The position numbers and the translations under genes are program-made. DNA of 52,339 bases. Source: an uncultured Clostridia bacterium (GTDB taxonomy: Bacteria; Bacillota; Clostridia; Christensenellales; Borkfalkiaceae). The DNA lies in the NCBI GenBank assembly GCA_947177975.1, contig CAMWWH010000001.1, positions 1 through 52,339 on the forward strand, read 5' to 3'. Of the stretch, positions 19,241 through 27,681 are shown one piece after another. The notes under the pieces were generated by a model, which was not told where the DNA came from, made no database searches, and saw only the letters and a list, made by a program, of their open reading frames with translations. Each line of letters opens with the position of its first letter. Within the stretch, counting starts at the first letter, position 1.

Positions 19241-19707
19241 TGAAAGTCGTTTTTTTGGATATAGACGGAGTGTTGAACTCGCGCATTTACGACAGAAAGA
19301 GGAATCTTCACGAAATGAGCAATATTGACGAATCGCGGATTCCGCTGGTTAAAAAGATAGTCGACCGCACGGGGGCGAAGATTGTTTTAAGCTCGACGTG
19401 GAGGGAACACTGGGATAAGGTTGCGGATAAGTGCGGCGAAGACGGCGTTTACATAAACCGTACTTTTGCGAAGTTCGGGCTTGAAATTTACGACAAGACG
19501 CCCGACCTCGGCAGTGACTTCGACCGCCCCGACGAGATAAAGGCGTGGCTCGGCTCTGCAAAGGAGTGCGTCGAGAGCTTTGTTATTATAGACGATTACC
19601 GCTATGCGTGGGCGGAGCTTTCGGATAAGTTTGTGAAGACCAATCCGCACTTCGGTCTGGGGCTTGAAGAAGAGCACGTTTTAAAAGCAATTGAAATCCT
19701 CGGATAA
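19240..19707 (+). CDS. Small HAD-superfamily phosphatase-like protein
   Basis: TAATG overlap with the upstream gene. HAD motif I is FLDIDGVLN, motif II is LSSTW, and the acidic motif is FVIIDDY. 155 aa. Confidence 0.75.
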   Translation: MKVVFLDIDGVLNSRIYDRKRNLHEMSNIDESRIPLVKKIVDRTGAKIVLSSTWREHWDKVADKCGEDGVYINRTFAKFGLEIYDKTPDLGSDFDRPDEIKAWLGSAKECVESFVIIDDYRYAWAELSDKFVKTNPHFGLGLEEEHVLKAIEILG

Positions 19708-19793
19708 TACTTTATAAAAAGGTGAGCCGAAAGTTTTACAAAAGAAAGGAAATTAAAAACAAGTTCCAACTTGAAGAGATGAATTAAATAAAA

Positions 19794-20951
19794 ATGATTA
19801 ACTACAGTATTTTGCGCGGAAAAGATAAAATAGGTGAAAATTTAATCGAGATTTCTTACGGTGAAACACGTATTCTGGTTGAACTCGGCAAATCGTTGGA
19901 CGGAAGCGGCGAAGACCTCGAAAAGGAAATTTTGCAAAAACGCTACTCGGCAGTAGTCGTGTCGCACTATCACGAGGACCACGCGGGACTTATTAAATAC
20001 AAGCGCGACTGCCCCGTATATATCGGCAACGGCGCATACCGCATAGTCAAAACCGCGGCGGAGTATCGCGGCGAAATAACGCCCGAAAATATTTTAACCT
20101 ACCGTAACGGCAGGTCGTTCGAAGTCGGCGGTATAAAAATTACGCCATATCTTTGCGACCATTCCGCATACGACAGCTATATGCTCTTATTCGAGGCGGG
20201 CGGCAGAAGCATTTTATACACGGGCGACTTCCGTTTTCACGGCAGAAAGGATAAGGAAAAACTGCTTGCCGCTTTGCCCGAGAGGGTCGACGTCCTCATA
20301 CACGAGGGAACGAATATCGGTAAAAACGCTTGCACCTTAACCGAAAGCGAACTGGAAAACAAGGCGGTTGAAATTATGCAGGCAACCGATAAGCCCGTGT
20401 TCGTATTGCAGTCTGCCGCGAATATCGACAGGCTTGTCAGCGTGTACCGCGCAAGCAAGAGAAGCGGCAGGATTATGTATATGGATAACTATACCTCGCT
20501 CATTGCCGAGGCGGCGGGCGGGAAAATTCCCCGACCCGATAAATTCGACGACGTAATCGCTTTCACTCCGCGAGCCGTTCGCGGTAAGCGCGGGGAAGCC
20601 TTTTTGAAAATCAAGAACAAACGCGGGTTAAACGGCATTACCAAAGGCACGAAGCGTTATACAATGCTCGTGCGCGCGTCAATGGCGGATTATATCAAAA
20701 AACTCGATTCGGCGGCGCATATATGCGGGGCAACGCTCATTTACTCTATCTGGAAGGGCTATAAAAACGACAAATATACTGCGGAATTTCTAAGCGCAAT
20801 GGCGGAGCTTGGGATAAATATCGTCGACCTGCACACGAGCGGACACGCTGCGGCGGAGGATATCGAACTGTTAAAACGTACGGTGTGCGCCGAGGAAATT
20901 GTTTGCGTGCATACGGAATTTTGTTATAATGTAAAAAAGGACGGAGTATGA
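19794..20951 (+). CDS. Metallo-beta-lactamase fold hydrolase with beta-CASP-type motifs (predicted nuclease)
   Basis: HYHEDH (aa 58-63, nt 19965-19982), CDHS, TGDF, then HEGT / TSGH / VHTE in the positions of beta-CASP motifs A/B/C. 385 aa. The SD is weak. Confidence 0.8.
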   Translation: MINYSILRGKDKIGENLIEISYGETRILVELGKSLDGSGEDLEKEILQKRYSAVVVSHYHEDHAGLIKYKRDCPVYIGNGAYRIVKTAAEYRGEITPENILTYRNGRSFEVGGIKITPYLCDHSAYDSYMLLFEAGGRSILYTGDFRFHGRKDKEKLLAALPERVDVLIHEGTNIGKNACTLTESELENKAVEIMQATDKPVFVLQSAANIDRLVSVYRASKRSGRIMYMDNYTSLIAEAAGGKIPRPDKFDDVIAFTPRAVRGKRGEAFLKIKNKRGLNGITKGTKRYTMLVRASMADYIKKLDSAAHICGATLIYSIWKGYKNDKYTAEFLSAMAELGINIVDLHTSGHAAAEDIELLKRTVCAEEIVCVHTEFCYNVKKDGV

Positions 20952-21766
20952 GTTTTATAAGAGATTTCAATCGGACGCAGATAAATAAAATGACAAGCGG
21001 CGAAAACTCGGAGCTTTTTAACCGCCTTAAAGCCGACGTGCTGAGAGGCGAGGTCTTTCCCGCCGTCCGCAAAGACGAACTGCATTTTTATTATAAGGGC
21101 GGTTGTCTGCACAAGTTCAGCGGCGGCTCGTTTAAAAGGGACAAAAATTTTGAAAAATTCGGCGCGGATTTCAAGGAACTTCCCGCTTACGAAAGGGCGA
21201 AAAAGGAAAACGAAATCAAGTTTACGAATACCTGCGGCAAGGAAAAAGAGCGTAGGCTTTTGGACAAACTGTGTTCCCGCACCTTTACTACGCATAGCGG
21301 CGGGGTTGTGGTTCTCGATATAGAAGTCAATCTTAACGGCGAAGTCGGGCGCGGACAGAAGTGCGATTTGGTGCTGTTGAATACGCAGACGGACGAGCTT
21401 ATGTTCGTCGAAGGCAAAGTGTTTTCCGACCGCCGCGTAAACGTTTCGCCGCCGAACATTCCCGAGGTGATAGCTCAGGTAGACACGTATACCGCGGCAA
21501 TCGCAGAGCAACGGCATATTATACCGGAGCAGTACGCGAGGCATATAGGAATAATAAACCGGCTTTTCGGCACGGCGTACAATCCGCCCCGAAGATTGAT
21601 TGAACCCGCCAAGCTGCTTGTTTACGACGTCCCCGAAAGCCCGACGGCAAACGGCGGATACAGCATAAACACGATAAACGCGCGGCTGGGTGAAAGAAAC
21701 GTATTATGGGTTAAAGCGGGCGGCGAACCCGCGCTTGAAAGCATCTGGAATTTATTGACGGAGTAA
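20948..21766 (+). CDS. Hypothetical protein with PD-(D/E)xK nuclease core plus QxxxY motif (RecB/Cas4/Shedu-like)
   Basis: ATGA overlap with the MBL gene. KCD140LVLLNTQTDELMFVE155GK157 is followed by IAQ177VDTY181. The preceding helix is EKERRLLDKL and the preceding strand is VVVLDIEV. Confidence 0.6.
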   Translation: MSFIRDFNRTQINKMTSGENSELFNRLKADVLRGEVFPAVRKDELHFYYKGGCLHKFSGGSFKRDKNFEKFGADFKELPAYERAKKENEIKFTNTCGKEKERRLLDKLCSRTFTTHSGGVVVLDIEVNLNGEVGRGQKCDLVLLNTQTDELMFVEGKVFSDRRVNVSPPNIPEVIAQVDTYTAAIAEQRHIIPEQYARHIGIINRLFGTAYNPPRRLIEPAKLLVYDVPESPTANGGYSINTINARLGERNVLWVKAGGEPALESIWNLLTE

Positions 21767-21771
21767 AATAT

Positions 21772-23277
21772 TCAATACAGTAAGACCGTGCCCTCGGGGA
21801 GGGTGAAGTGCGGGGTGTTGACCTTGCGGAAATACATACTGTCCTCGCGGTAGGTGCGGTGGAAGATTATATACACGCGCGCATGCGGATATAACGCGGC
21901 GACGTTCTCTTTGAGAGCGTCGTAGGCCATAAGCTTGTTGGCAACCTCGAAATTCAAATCCACGCACACCGTTTCGGCGCCCTCCGAAAGCGTTTGCAAA
22001 AGCTTTGCACGGAATTCCGCGAGGATACTTTCGTGCGAGCGTATTACGCCCGCGCCGTGGCACGCTCCGCAGGTTTTAAGCATAAGCTCGGACGCCGCAA
22101 CTCCCGTGCGTTTTCTGGTAAACTCCACAAGTCCGAACTTCGACATGGGCAGAACGCGGCACTTGGACTTGTCGGCGCGCAGCGCTTTTTCCAGCTCGGT
22201 AACGATGGCGGCACGGTGGTTTTCCTCGGTCATATCGATAAAGTCCACGACGAACAGTCCGCCCATATCCCGAAGCTTGATCTGCCTTGCAATCTCTCTC
22301 GCCGCCAAGACGTTGGTGCAGTACACCGTGTGTTCGAGACTGTCCTCGCCCGTGAACTTGCCTGTGTTTACGTCGATTACGGTCAGCGCCTCGGTGCGGT
22401 CGATTATAAGATACGCGCCGTTCGAAAGCTCGACCTTCTGCATAAGCGCAGTCATGAACTGCTCGTAAATTCCCGCCGAATAGAATAAATCGGTATGAGC
22501 GTCGTGCAGCGTCAGCTTTACCGCATTGCCGTGCATATAGGTTGCGGCAAGCCCCTCGATGCTCTTGTATATCTGCTCGCAACCTACGAATATCTCGTCG
22601 CCTCTGTCCAGCATAATATCGCGTAAAACGCGTATATGCAGGGGGGAATCGCTGTATAAAAGCTCTCCGACGGGCGCTTCTTTAAAGCGCGTGAGAATGT
22701 TTTCGTATATTTTGCGGAAGTAATCTATCTCGTTTTTCTTGGTGCTAATAACGGCGTACGGCGCTGCGGTGCGCACTATCATGCCCTCGCCCTCGTTGAG
22801 CTGTTTTTTCGCGCTGAACGTCAGGTTTTTTCTCAGCTCCTTGTCGGATATCTTTGCCGAAACGCCGACGAAAGGAGTGTCGGGTAAATACACGATATAC
22901 TTGCCGACGAAGGATAAGCGGGTGGTGACCTTCGCGCCCTTTTTGCCCTGCGCCGCCTTGGTTACTTGAACTAAGATTTCGTCGCCCTCGTGCAGGTTGA
23001 GCGTTTGCGGAATATCTATTTCGCCGCCCTCGAATCTGGATTTGTCGGGGATTAAATCTGCGACCGAGATATAGCAGTGGCGCTCTAAACCGCAGTCGAC
23101 GAAAGCCGCCTGCATACCGTTTAAAACGTTGGTCACTTTGCCCTTGTAGATATTGCCGATAACCGCGCCGCTCATTACGGGCTCGGCGTTGTATTCGGTT
23201 ATTTTTCCGTCCTCTAAGAGGGCGAAAGTTTCTATTCCGTACTGACTGTCGAAATATAATTTCCTATGCACGTGCAT
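21772..23277 (-). CDS. rng: Ribonuclease G/E family endoribonuclease
   Basis: S1 domain (GNIYKGKVTNVLNGMQAAFVDCG) and the RNase E/G catalytic core (IIDRTEALTVIDVNTGKF, DFIDM). The ORF reaches GTG 23301, but ATG 23277 has AAGAGG upstream. Confidence 0.9.
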   Translation of the reverse strand: MHVHRKLYFDSQYGIETFALLEDGKITEYNAEPVMSGAVIGNIYKGKVTNVLNGMQAAFVDCGLERHCYISVADLIPDKSRFEGGEIDIPQTLNLHEGDEILVQVTKAAQGKKGAKVTTRLSFVGKYIVYLPDTPFVGVSAKISDKELRKNLTFSAKKQLNEGEGMIVRTAAPYAVISTKKNEIDYFRKIYENILTRFKEAPVGELLYSDSPLHIRVLRDIMLDRGDEIFVGCEQIYKSIEGLAATYMHGNAVKLTLHDAHTDLFYSAGIYEQFMTALMQKVELSNGAYLIIDRTEALTVIDVNTGKFTGEDSLEHTVYCTNVLAAREIARQIKLRDMGGLFVVDFIDMTEENHRAAIVTELEKALRADKSKCRVLPMSKFGLVEFTRKRTGVAASELMLKTCGACHGAGVIRSHESILAEFRAKLLQTLSEGAETVCVDLNFEVANKLMAYDALKENVAALYPHARVYIIFHRTYREDSMYFRKVNTPHFTLPEGTVLLY

Positions 23278-23303
23278 AAACCTCTTGAATTTTTTACTCA
23301 CTA

Positions 23304-23331
23304 ATTATAACATAAACCGCGCAAATAGCAA
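23304..23331 (-). promoter_or_regulatory. Candidate rng promoter TTGCTA-16-TATAAT (minus strand)
   Basis: On the minus strand, TTGCTA is at 23331-23326 and TATAAT is at 23309-23304. Confidence 0.45.
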
Positions 23332-23358
23332 TAAAAAAAGTAAATTTGCGGTTAAATA

Positions 23359-23387
23359 TTGACAGCCAAGGCAAAAAATGTTAAAAT
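23359..23387 (+). promoter_or_regulatory. Candidate promoter TTGACA-17-TAAAAT
   Basis: TTGACA at 23359-23364 and TAAAAT at 23382-23387, upstream of the SecB-like gene. Confidence 0.55.
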
Positions 23388-23421
23388 CATATAGTAATAA
23401 TTAAATTTTGGAGATATATTT

Positions 23422-23856
23422 ATGAAATACGATTTCAGAGGTATTACCACGGAAGAACTCAGCTATAAGCTTAACAGAGTTCAGATTGCACCCAACCAGA
23501 GGCTGGATATAAAGCCTCAGTTCGCGCGTCAGGTGCGTAAGCCCAACGACAACAAAAAGCTCGTGTTCATTTCCCTTGCGGTTAAAATCGAAAGCACCGA
23601 GCAGGAGCCCAAGCCCTTCAACCTCGACGTAAACCTCGTAGGCGTTTACGAGCTCGAAAAGGAGGACTACACCCAGCAGGAAGAGAGAGCGTTCGTTATC
23701 GAGGCTACGCAGTCGCTCTATCCTTACCTCCGCGCGGCGGTTACAAACCTTACGGCTCAGGCGTACGTTTCGCCCCTCAATCTGCCCGTACTCAACGGAC
23801 CTATCTTCCCCGAGGACAGAGACGTTTACGCATTTGCTCCCGGCGACGTGAACTGA
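23422..23856 (+). CDS. SecB-like chaperone family protein
   Basis: 144 aa. The segment FNLDVNLVGVYELE...SLYPYLRAAVTNLTAQAYVSPLNLPVLNG aligns by eye with E. coli SecB FLCEVQQAGIFSI...[29 protein letters not shown]. Confidence 0.7.
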   Translation: MKYDFRGITTEELSYKLNRVQIAPNQRLDIKPQFARQVRKPNDNKKLVFISLAVKIESTEQEPKPFNLDVNLVGVYELEKEDYTQQEERAFVIEATQSLYPYLRAAVTNLTAQAYVSPLNLPVLNGPIFPEDRDVYAFAPGDVN

Positions 23857-23876
23857 TAAAAACGATTAAATCAATA

Positions 23877-23914
23877 CCCCCGCAGAGCGTGAATTGCTCT
23901 GCGGGGGTGTTTTA
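23877..23914 (+). terminator. Rho-independent terminator
   Basis: 12-bp stem CCCCCGCAGAGC / GCTCTGCGGGGG, followed by TGTTTT. Confidence 0.85.
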
Positions 23915-23975
23915 GTATAATTCGTTCTTATAAGTATGATAAAAAATAATTATTTTGATTTACACCCAATTCTGC

Positions 23976-24005
23976 TTGACATAATCTTGTCCGAAAGGGT
24001 ATAGT
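23976..24005 (+). promoter_or_regulatory. Candidate promoter TTGACA-18-TATAGT
   Basis: TTGACA at 23976-23981 and TATAGT at 24000-24005. It would give a roughly 170-nt hairpin-rich leader. Confidence 0.45.
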
Positions 24006-24181
24006 TTATACAGTTATACGAATTTATTCAATATTTTTTTGAATAATATTAAATTTCTATGCATAATTAAGATTTTATGCATAAAATGGATTTGCAAGGG
24101 CGCGCCCTTGCCCCGTTGTTCAGCAGAGGTTACTGAACAACGTTAATTATTTATCGGTAAATAAATCAAGGAGAAATAGTT

Positions 24182-27127
24182 ATGAAAAAGACAAAGAGAG
24201 CGTTGCTTACGGCAATTGCATGTTCGGCGGCGCTTGCCGCAGCATTCGGACTTGCCGCATGTAACGGAGACAACGGCGGCGACGAAGGCGTGACACCCCC
24301 GCCCGCGCACGATCACAATTATGTGAATTGGCAGAGCAACGGTGACGGAACTCACACGGGTACTTGCAACAACACTGTAGGCACTTGCGACAAACAGACC
24401 GAGACCGAAGATTGCGACGAGTTGGGCAAAGACGGAGTGGACGGAGCTTGCTCGAAGTGCGGCTACAAAGAAGAAGACAGAACGGCTACCGTTGCTCTCG
24501 GCACGGATAAGGCTGTTGCAAGCCTTGATACGACGGGCTTGACGTTAACCTTAGAGGGCGTAGAGGCGGGCACGTCATACACGCTGTCGTGCACGAACGA
24601 CAAGGTTAAATTTATCGTCGGCACAGAGCAAGGCAACCCCGTAGATTTCGTATACAATAAGTTCCTTAATATATACGTAATATCGACCGAGGGGACTCTT
24701 ACAAACGTGACCTTAAAGCTTGAAGAAACGCCCGAGCCCGAGTTTGCGGCAATTTCTTTGAACGATGAAGTAACGGTTGAGGGCGCGAGTGAATTTGAAC
24801 CCGTGAAGTACGAAATCGAGCTTGCTCAGGGTCAGTATCAGATATTTATCGACGGAGAGGCGATAACCCTCGATATGTCGGCGCCCGTCGGAATAGGCGT
24901 TTACGTAGAAGGTCAGTTCGAATATCTTAACAATATCGACGAAATAACCGTCGAAGTGGGCGAGGGAAAGTATTATATCGAGGCGTACGATAACGTTACC
25001 TTTAAGGTTGCCGTAGCTTCCGTGCATACTCACGTCTGGAGTTGGGAAGTAACGGATACTCCCACGGCGGAAGGAACGGGTACTGCCACGAGAACGTGTG
25101 CGGGCACCGTAGGTGAATGCGGCTGGGAAGAAGATGATTTGTCGGTTGAATTGCCTGCGCTCGACGACGAGGAGTATACCGTCGGCAAGGACAGCGCAAC
25201 CTGTGAGGCTGCGGGCACGCAAACTTACAGTATAACTAAAGACGGCAAGGTCGTAACATTCGAAATAGATACGCCGCAAAAAACGATGGAGTTGACTAAG
25301 GTTACCTCGGGTTTAACCGGAAGTATATCTCTTCCTTCGGGAAGCTCTATTTCGCTGACAACCGTATCACATTACAAGTGCAATGGATGCGGTAAGACTT
25401 TCCATCAGTATGGTAGCTTAGCCGACGAAGCAAGACACACGGAAGAGAACGAAATCACTATTCTCACAAAAGCCAGTAGCAATATATCTGTCGGAAGTTC
25501 AACGACTTTTAACGGACCCGTGCGGTTGGGCGACAACAGAGTATATATATCCACCAAGGGCGGCGTTTTATTTAAAGCCGAAGAGGACGGTGTTTATAAA
25601 TTCAGTTCCGAAAACGCAACAAAGCTGTTTGGATTAATTTATTACGGCACAACCGAATCTGGTACTACTCCTTCAATAGTTTACAAATCAGGCACCACCT
25701 TAGATAATACCGCAAAACAGTATAGCAGATTTAACTATACAAGTTTCACGGACACGACCGTTTACGTAAGAATGAATGCGGGCGACGTAGTGGGTGTAGC
25801 ATATAATGCCAGCGTGAAGGCAGTCGACGTTAACGTTGAAAAGATTACCGACACCAGCACGCTTGATTGCTATGCGCATTCCGAGGCGTACGACGTTTCA
25901 GGCTTTGACGTAAACGGCGGCACCTTTAAATATCAGTGTGCTCTGTGCGGCAAGGAAGCAGACGGATTAGATAGCAAAAAACCTATAGTCTATACGAGTG
26001 GCGCAGTCGTTAATGAAGCTAACGAAAGTTCGCCCGTAGCTATTACGGAAAATACTTTGGCCGTTAAAACGAGCGTTGCTACGGGTACGTATTATTCGTT
26101 CACCCCGAGTGAGGCAAAGGATTACGAAATCACGTTCGATACCGTCCTTGTCGGAAATACGCTTACATTGAAGGGCATTAAGTGCGGCGACAACACGGCG
26201 GCGTCTTACGATACCGCGTTGACCGTCAACTCTGCGTTCAGAAGTATTATCTATGTTGAAAGAAGTGCAACCGGCACGATTGTAACCCTTAAAATCTCTG
26301 CAGATAACGTCGGAAAGCCGTTCACGTTCAACTTTGACGTGGCAGGCGCAAGTGAGGATAGCCCCGCATATCTGACGAGCGTAGTAAAATCTGACTTGCC
26401 TAAATTCATCGGCGAAGGCGAGAGCACGGTAAATATTGCCGCGGCGTATGAATTCTCCGAAAATTACTACTTCGTTTCGGCAGAGGGCGGCAAGTTCTCG
26501 TTAACCGTTCCCGAAGGCGTTGAAGTGCTTATGAACGGCGGTGAATTTATAACGGATGACGGTTCGCGTGCGGCTAACTTCACTGTTTCTGCCGGCGTAA
26601 GAATCGGATTCACGTTTAAACACAGCGGCGGTTCTACTGGTGATATAACCGTTACCGTAGGTGAGCCCGTTGAAGAAACTTTGCCGACCGTTACTACCGA
26701 GGGAACCACGATAGTAACTCTTCCTGTAAAGTCGGGTATGACAGGCGACTTTGTCGGAGCCGTTGGGCTTGCTCAGGTTGGTGCGATCAAGTCCGGCAAG
26801 TACACGTTGACCGTTAAGATGAGCCCGATTTTAAGCGGTTGCTATATTGCTTTTGCAAAGGGTCAAGATGAAGTTACCTATTTCGATTTCTTTGATAATA
26901 CCGGTAACGTTAGGACGGACGAGGATGCGGCGACGGAAGCTTACGTTCTTACGGTAGATTACTCTACCGCAACTGTAGAAGGCGTGGATTATACGGTTAC
27001 CGGTGACGTAAGAACCGTCACTTGGACGATAACGCTTGATTTGGCGGAAGGTGACATCTTAGTGTTTGCAAACGGCGGTTTATCTAAAGGAGATATTACT
27101 TTGTCTTTGGCAACAGTATCAGAATAA
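24182..27127 (+). CDS. Large surface lipoprotein with Cys-rich modules and repeated beta-sandwich-like segments, function unknown
   Basis: Lipobox LAAC. Strong SD AAGGAG. Four Cys-containing modules, for example [36 protein letters not shown]-x-Y-x-hydrophobic signature recurs. Confidence 0.8.
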   Translation: MKKTKRALLTAIACSAALAAAFGLAACNGDNGGDEGVTPPPAHDHNYVNWQSNGDGTHTGTCNNTVGTCDKQTETEDCDELGKDGVDGACSKCGYKEEDRTATVALGTDKAVASLDTTGLTLTLEGVEAGTSYTLSCTNDKVKFIVGTEQGNPVDFVYNKFLNIYVISTEGTLTNVTLKLEETPEPEFAAISLNDEVTVEGASEFEPVKYEIELAQGQYQIFIDGEAITLDMSAPVGIGVYVEGQFEYLNNIDEITVEVGEGKYYIEAYDNVTFKVAVASVHTHVWSWEVTDTPTAEGTGTATRTCAGTVGECGWEEDDLSVELPALDDEEYTVGKDSATCEAAGTQTYSITKDGKVVTFEIDTPQKTMELTKVTSGLTGSISLPSGSSISLTTVSHYKCNGCGKTFHQYGSLADEARHTEENEITILTKASSNISVGSSTTFNGPVRLGDNRVYISTKGGVLFKAEEDGVYKFSSENATKLFGLIYYGTTESGTTPSIVYKSGTTLDNTAKQYSRFNYTSFTDTTVYVRMNAGDVVGVAYNASVKAVDVNVEKITDTSTLDCYAHSEAYDVSGFDVNGGTFKYQCALCGKEADGLDSKKPIVYTSGAVVNEANESSPVAITENTLAVKTSVATGTYYSFTPSEAKDYEITFDTVLVGNTLTLKGIKCGDNTAASYDTALTVNSAFRSIIYVERSATGTIVTLKISADNVGKPFTFNFDVAGASEDSPAYLTSVVKSDLPKFIGEGESTVNIAAAYEFSENYYFVSAEGGKFSLTVPEGVEVLMNGGEFITDDGSRAANFTVSAGVRIGFTFKHSGGSTGDITVTVGEPVEETLPTVTTEGTTIVTLPVKSGMTGDFVGAVGLAQVGAIKSGKYTLTVKMSPILSGCYIAFAKGQDEVTYFDFFDNTGNVRTDEDAATEAYVLTVDYSTATVEGVDYTVTGDVRTVTWTITLDLAEGDILVFANGGLSKGDITLSLATVSE

Positions 27128-27154
27128 ACACAAACATACGACTAACTCCATACG

Positions 27155-27195
27155 GACCGCGGCGGCTTTTCAAGACGCCGCGGTCTTTTTATTTA
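27155..27195 (+). terminator. Rho-independent terminator
   Basis: Stem GACCGCGGCG / CGCCGCGGTC, followed by TTTTTATTTATTT. Confidence 0.85.
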
Positions 27196-27212
27196 TTTGG
27201 TTCGAAAAATGG

Positions 27213-27241
27213 TTGACAACCCTTCTTTTATGTGATAAACT
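27213..27241 (+). promoter_or_regulatory. Promoter TTGACA-17-TAAACT with extended -10 TG
   Basis: TTGACA at 27213-27218, and TGaTAAACT ending at 27241, upstream of rpmG. Confidence 0.6.
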
Positions 27242-27290
27242 CAGTGTACACATCCGAAAGGGGTGTAATTTTTTTGTACGGAGACCCATT

Positions 27291-27452
27291 ATGAAGGCAT
27301 CAACAAGGGCTAAAATTACTTTCGAGTGCACGGAATGCAAGCGCAGAAATTACGACAGCTACAAGAATAAGCGCAACGATCCCGACAGGCTTACCATTTC
27401 CAAGTACTGCCCTTTCTGCAAAAAACATACTGAACATAAGGAATCCAAGTAA
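27291..27452 (+). CDS. rpmG: 50S ribosomal protein L33
   Basis: [53 protein letters not shown], the Zn-ribbon C+ form. The longer ORF from 27066 is rejected. Confidence 0.95.
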   Translation: MKASTRAKITFECTECKRRNYDSYKNKRNDPDRLTISKYCPFCKKHTEHKESK

Positions 27453-27667
27453 TGGCTAAGGAAAAGGGTAAAGAGAAAAAACCCGGTCTGGGCAAAAGAA
27501 TAAAAGACGTTTTTTCCGAGCTTAAACGCGTAACCTGGCCCACGTTCCCCAAAGTCTTAAAGGCTACGGGCGTGGTTCTTATGGTCGTGCTCGTTTTCCT
27601 TGTGGTCGCAACAGGCATCAATCAAGGCTTGCAGGCGCTCTTGCAGCTTATCACACAGGCTAAGTAA
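27452..27667 (+). CDS. secE: Preprotein translocase subunit SecE
   Basis: 71 aa. Contains ELKRVTWPT and a single TM helix. Lies in the conserved position between rpmG and nusG. Confidence 0.92.
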   Translation: MAKEKGKEKKPGLGKRIKDVFSELKRVTWPTFPKVLKATGVVLMVVLVFLVVATGINQGLQALLQLITQAK

Positions 27668-27681
27668 AGGGAGGCGGATAT

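Noticed and set aside
23302-27127. A toxin-antitoxin-chaperone (TAC) module around the SecB-like gene
   Set aside because: No small toxin or antitoxin ORFs flank it. The neighbours are rng and a large lipoprotein, each with its own promoter and terminator.
27066-27290. A 75-codon N-terminal extension of the L33 ORF
   Set aside because: The extension covers the upstream terminator and promoter. The conserved L33 sequence starts at ATG 27291.
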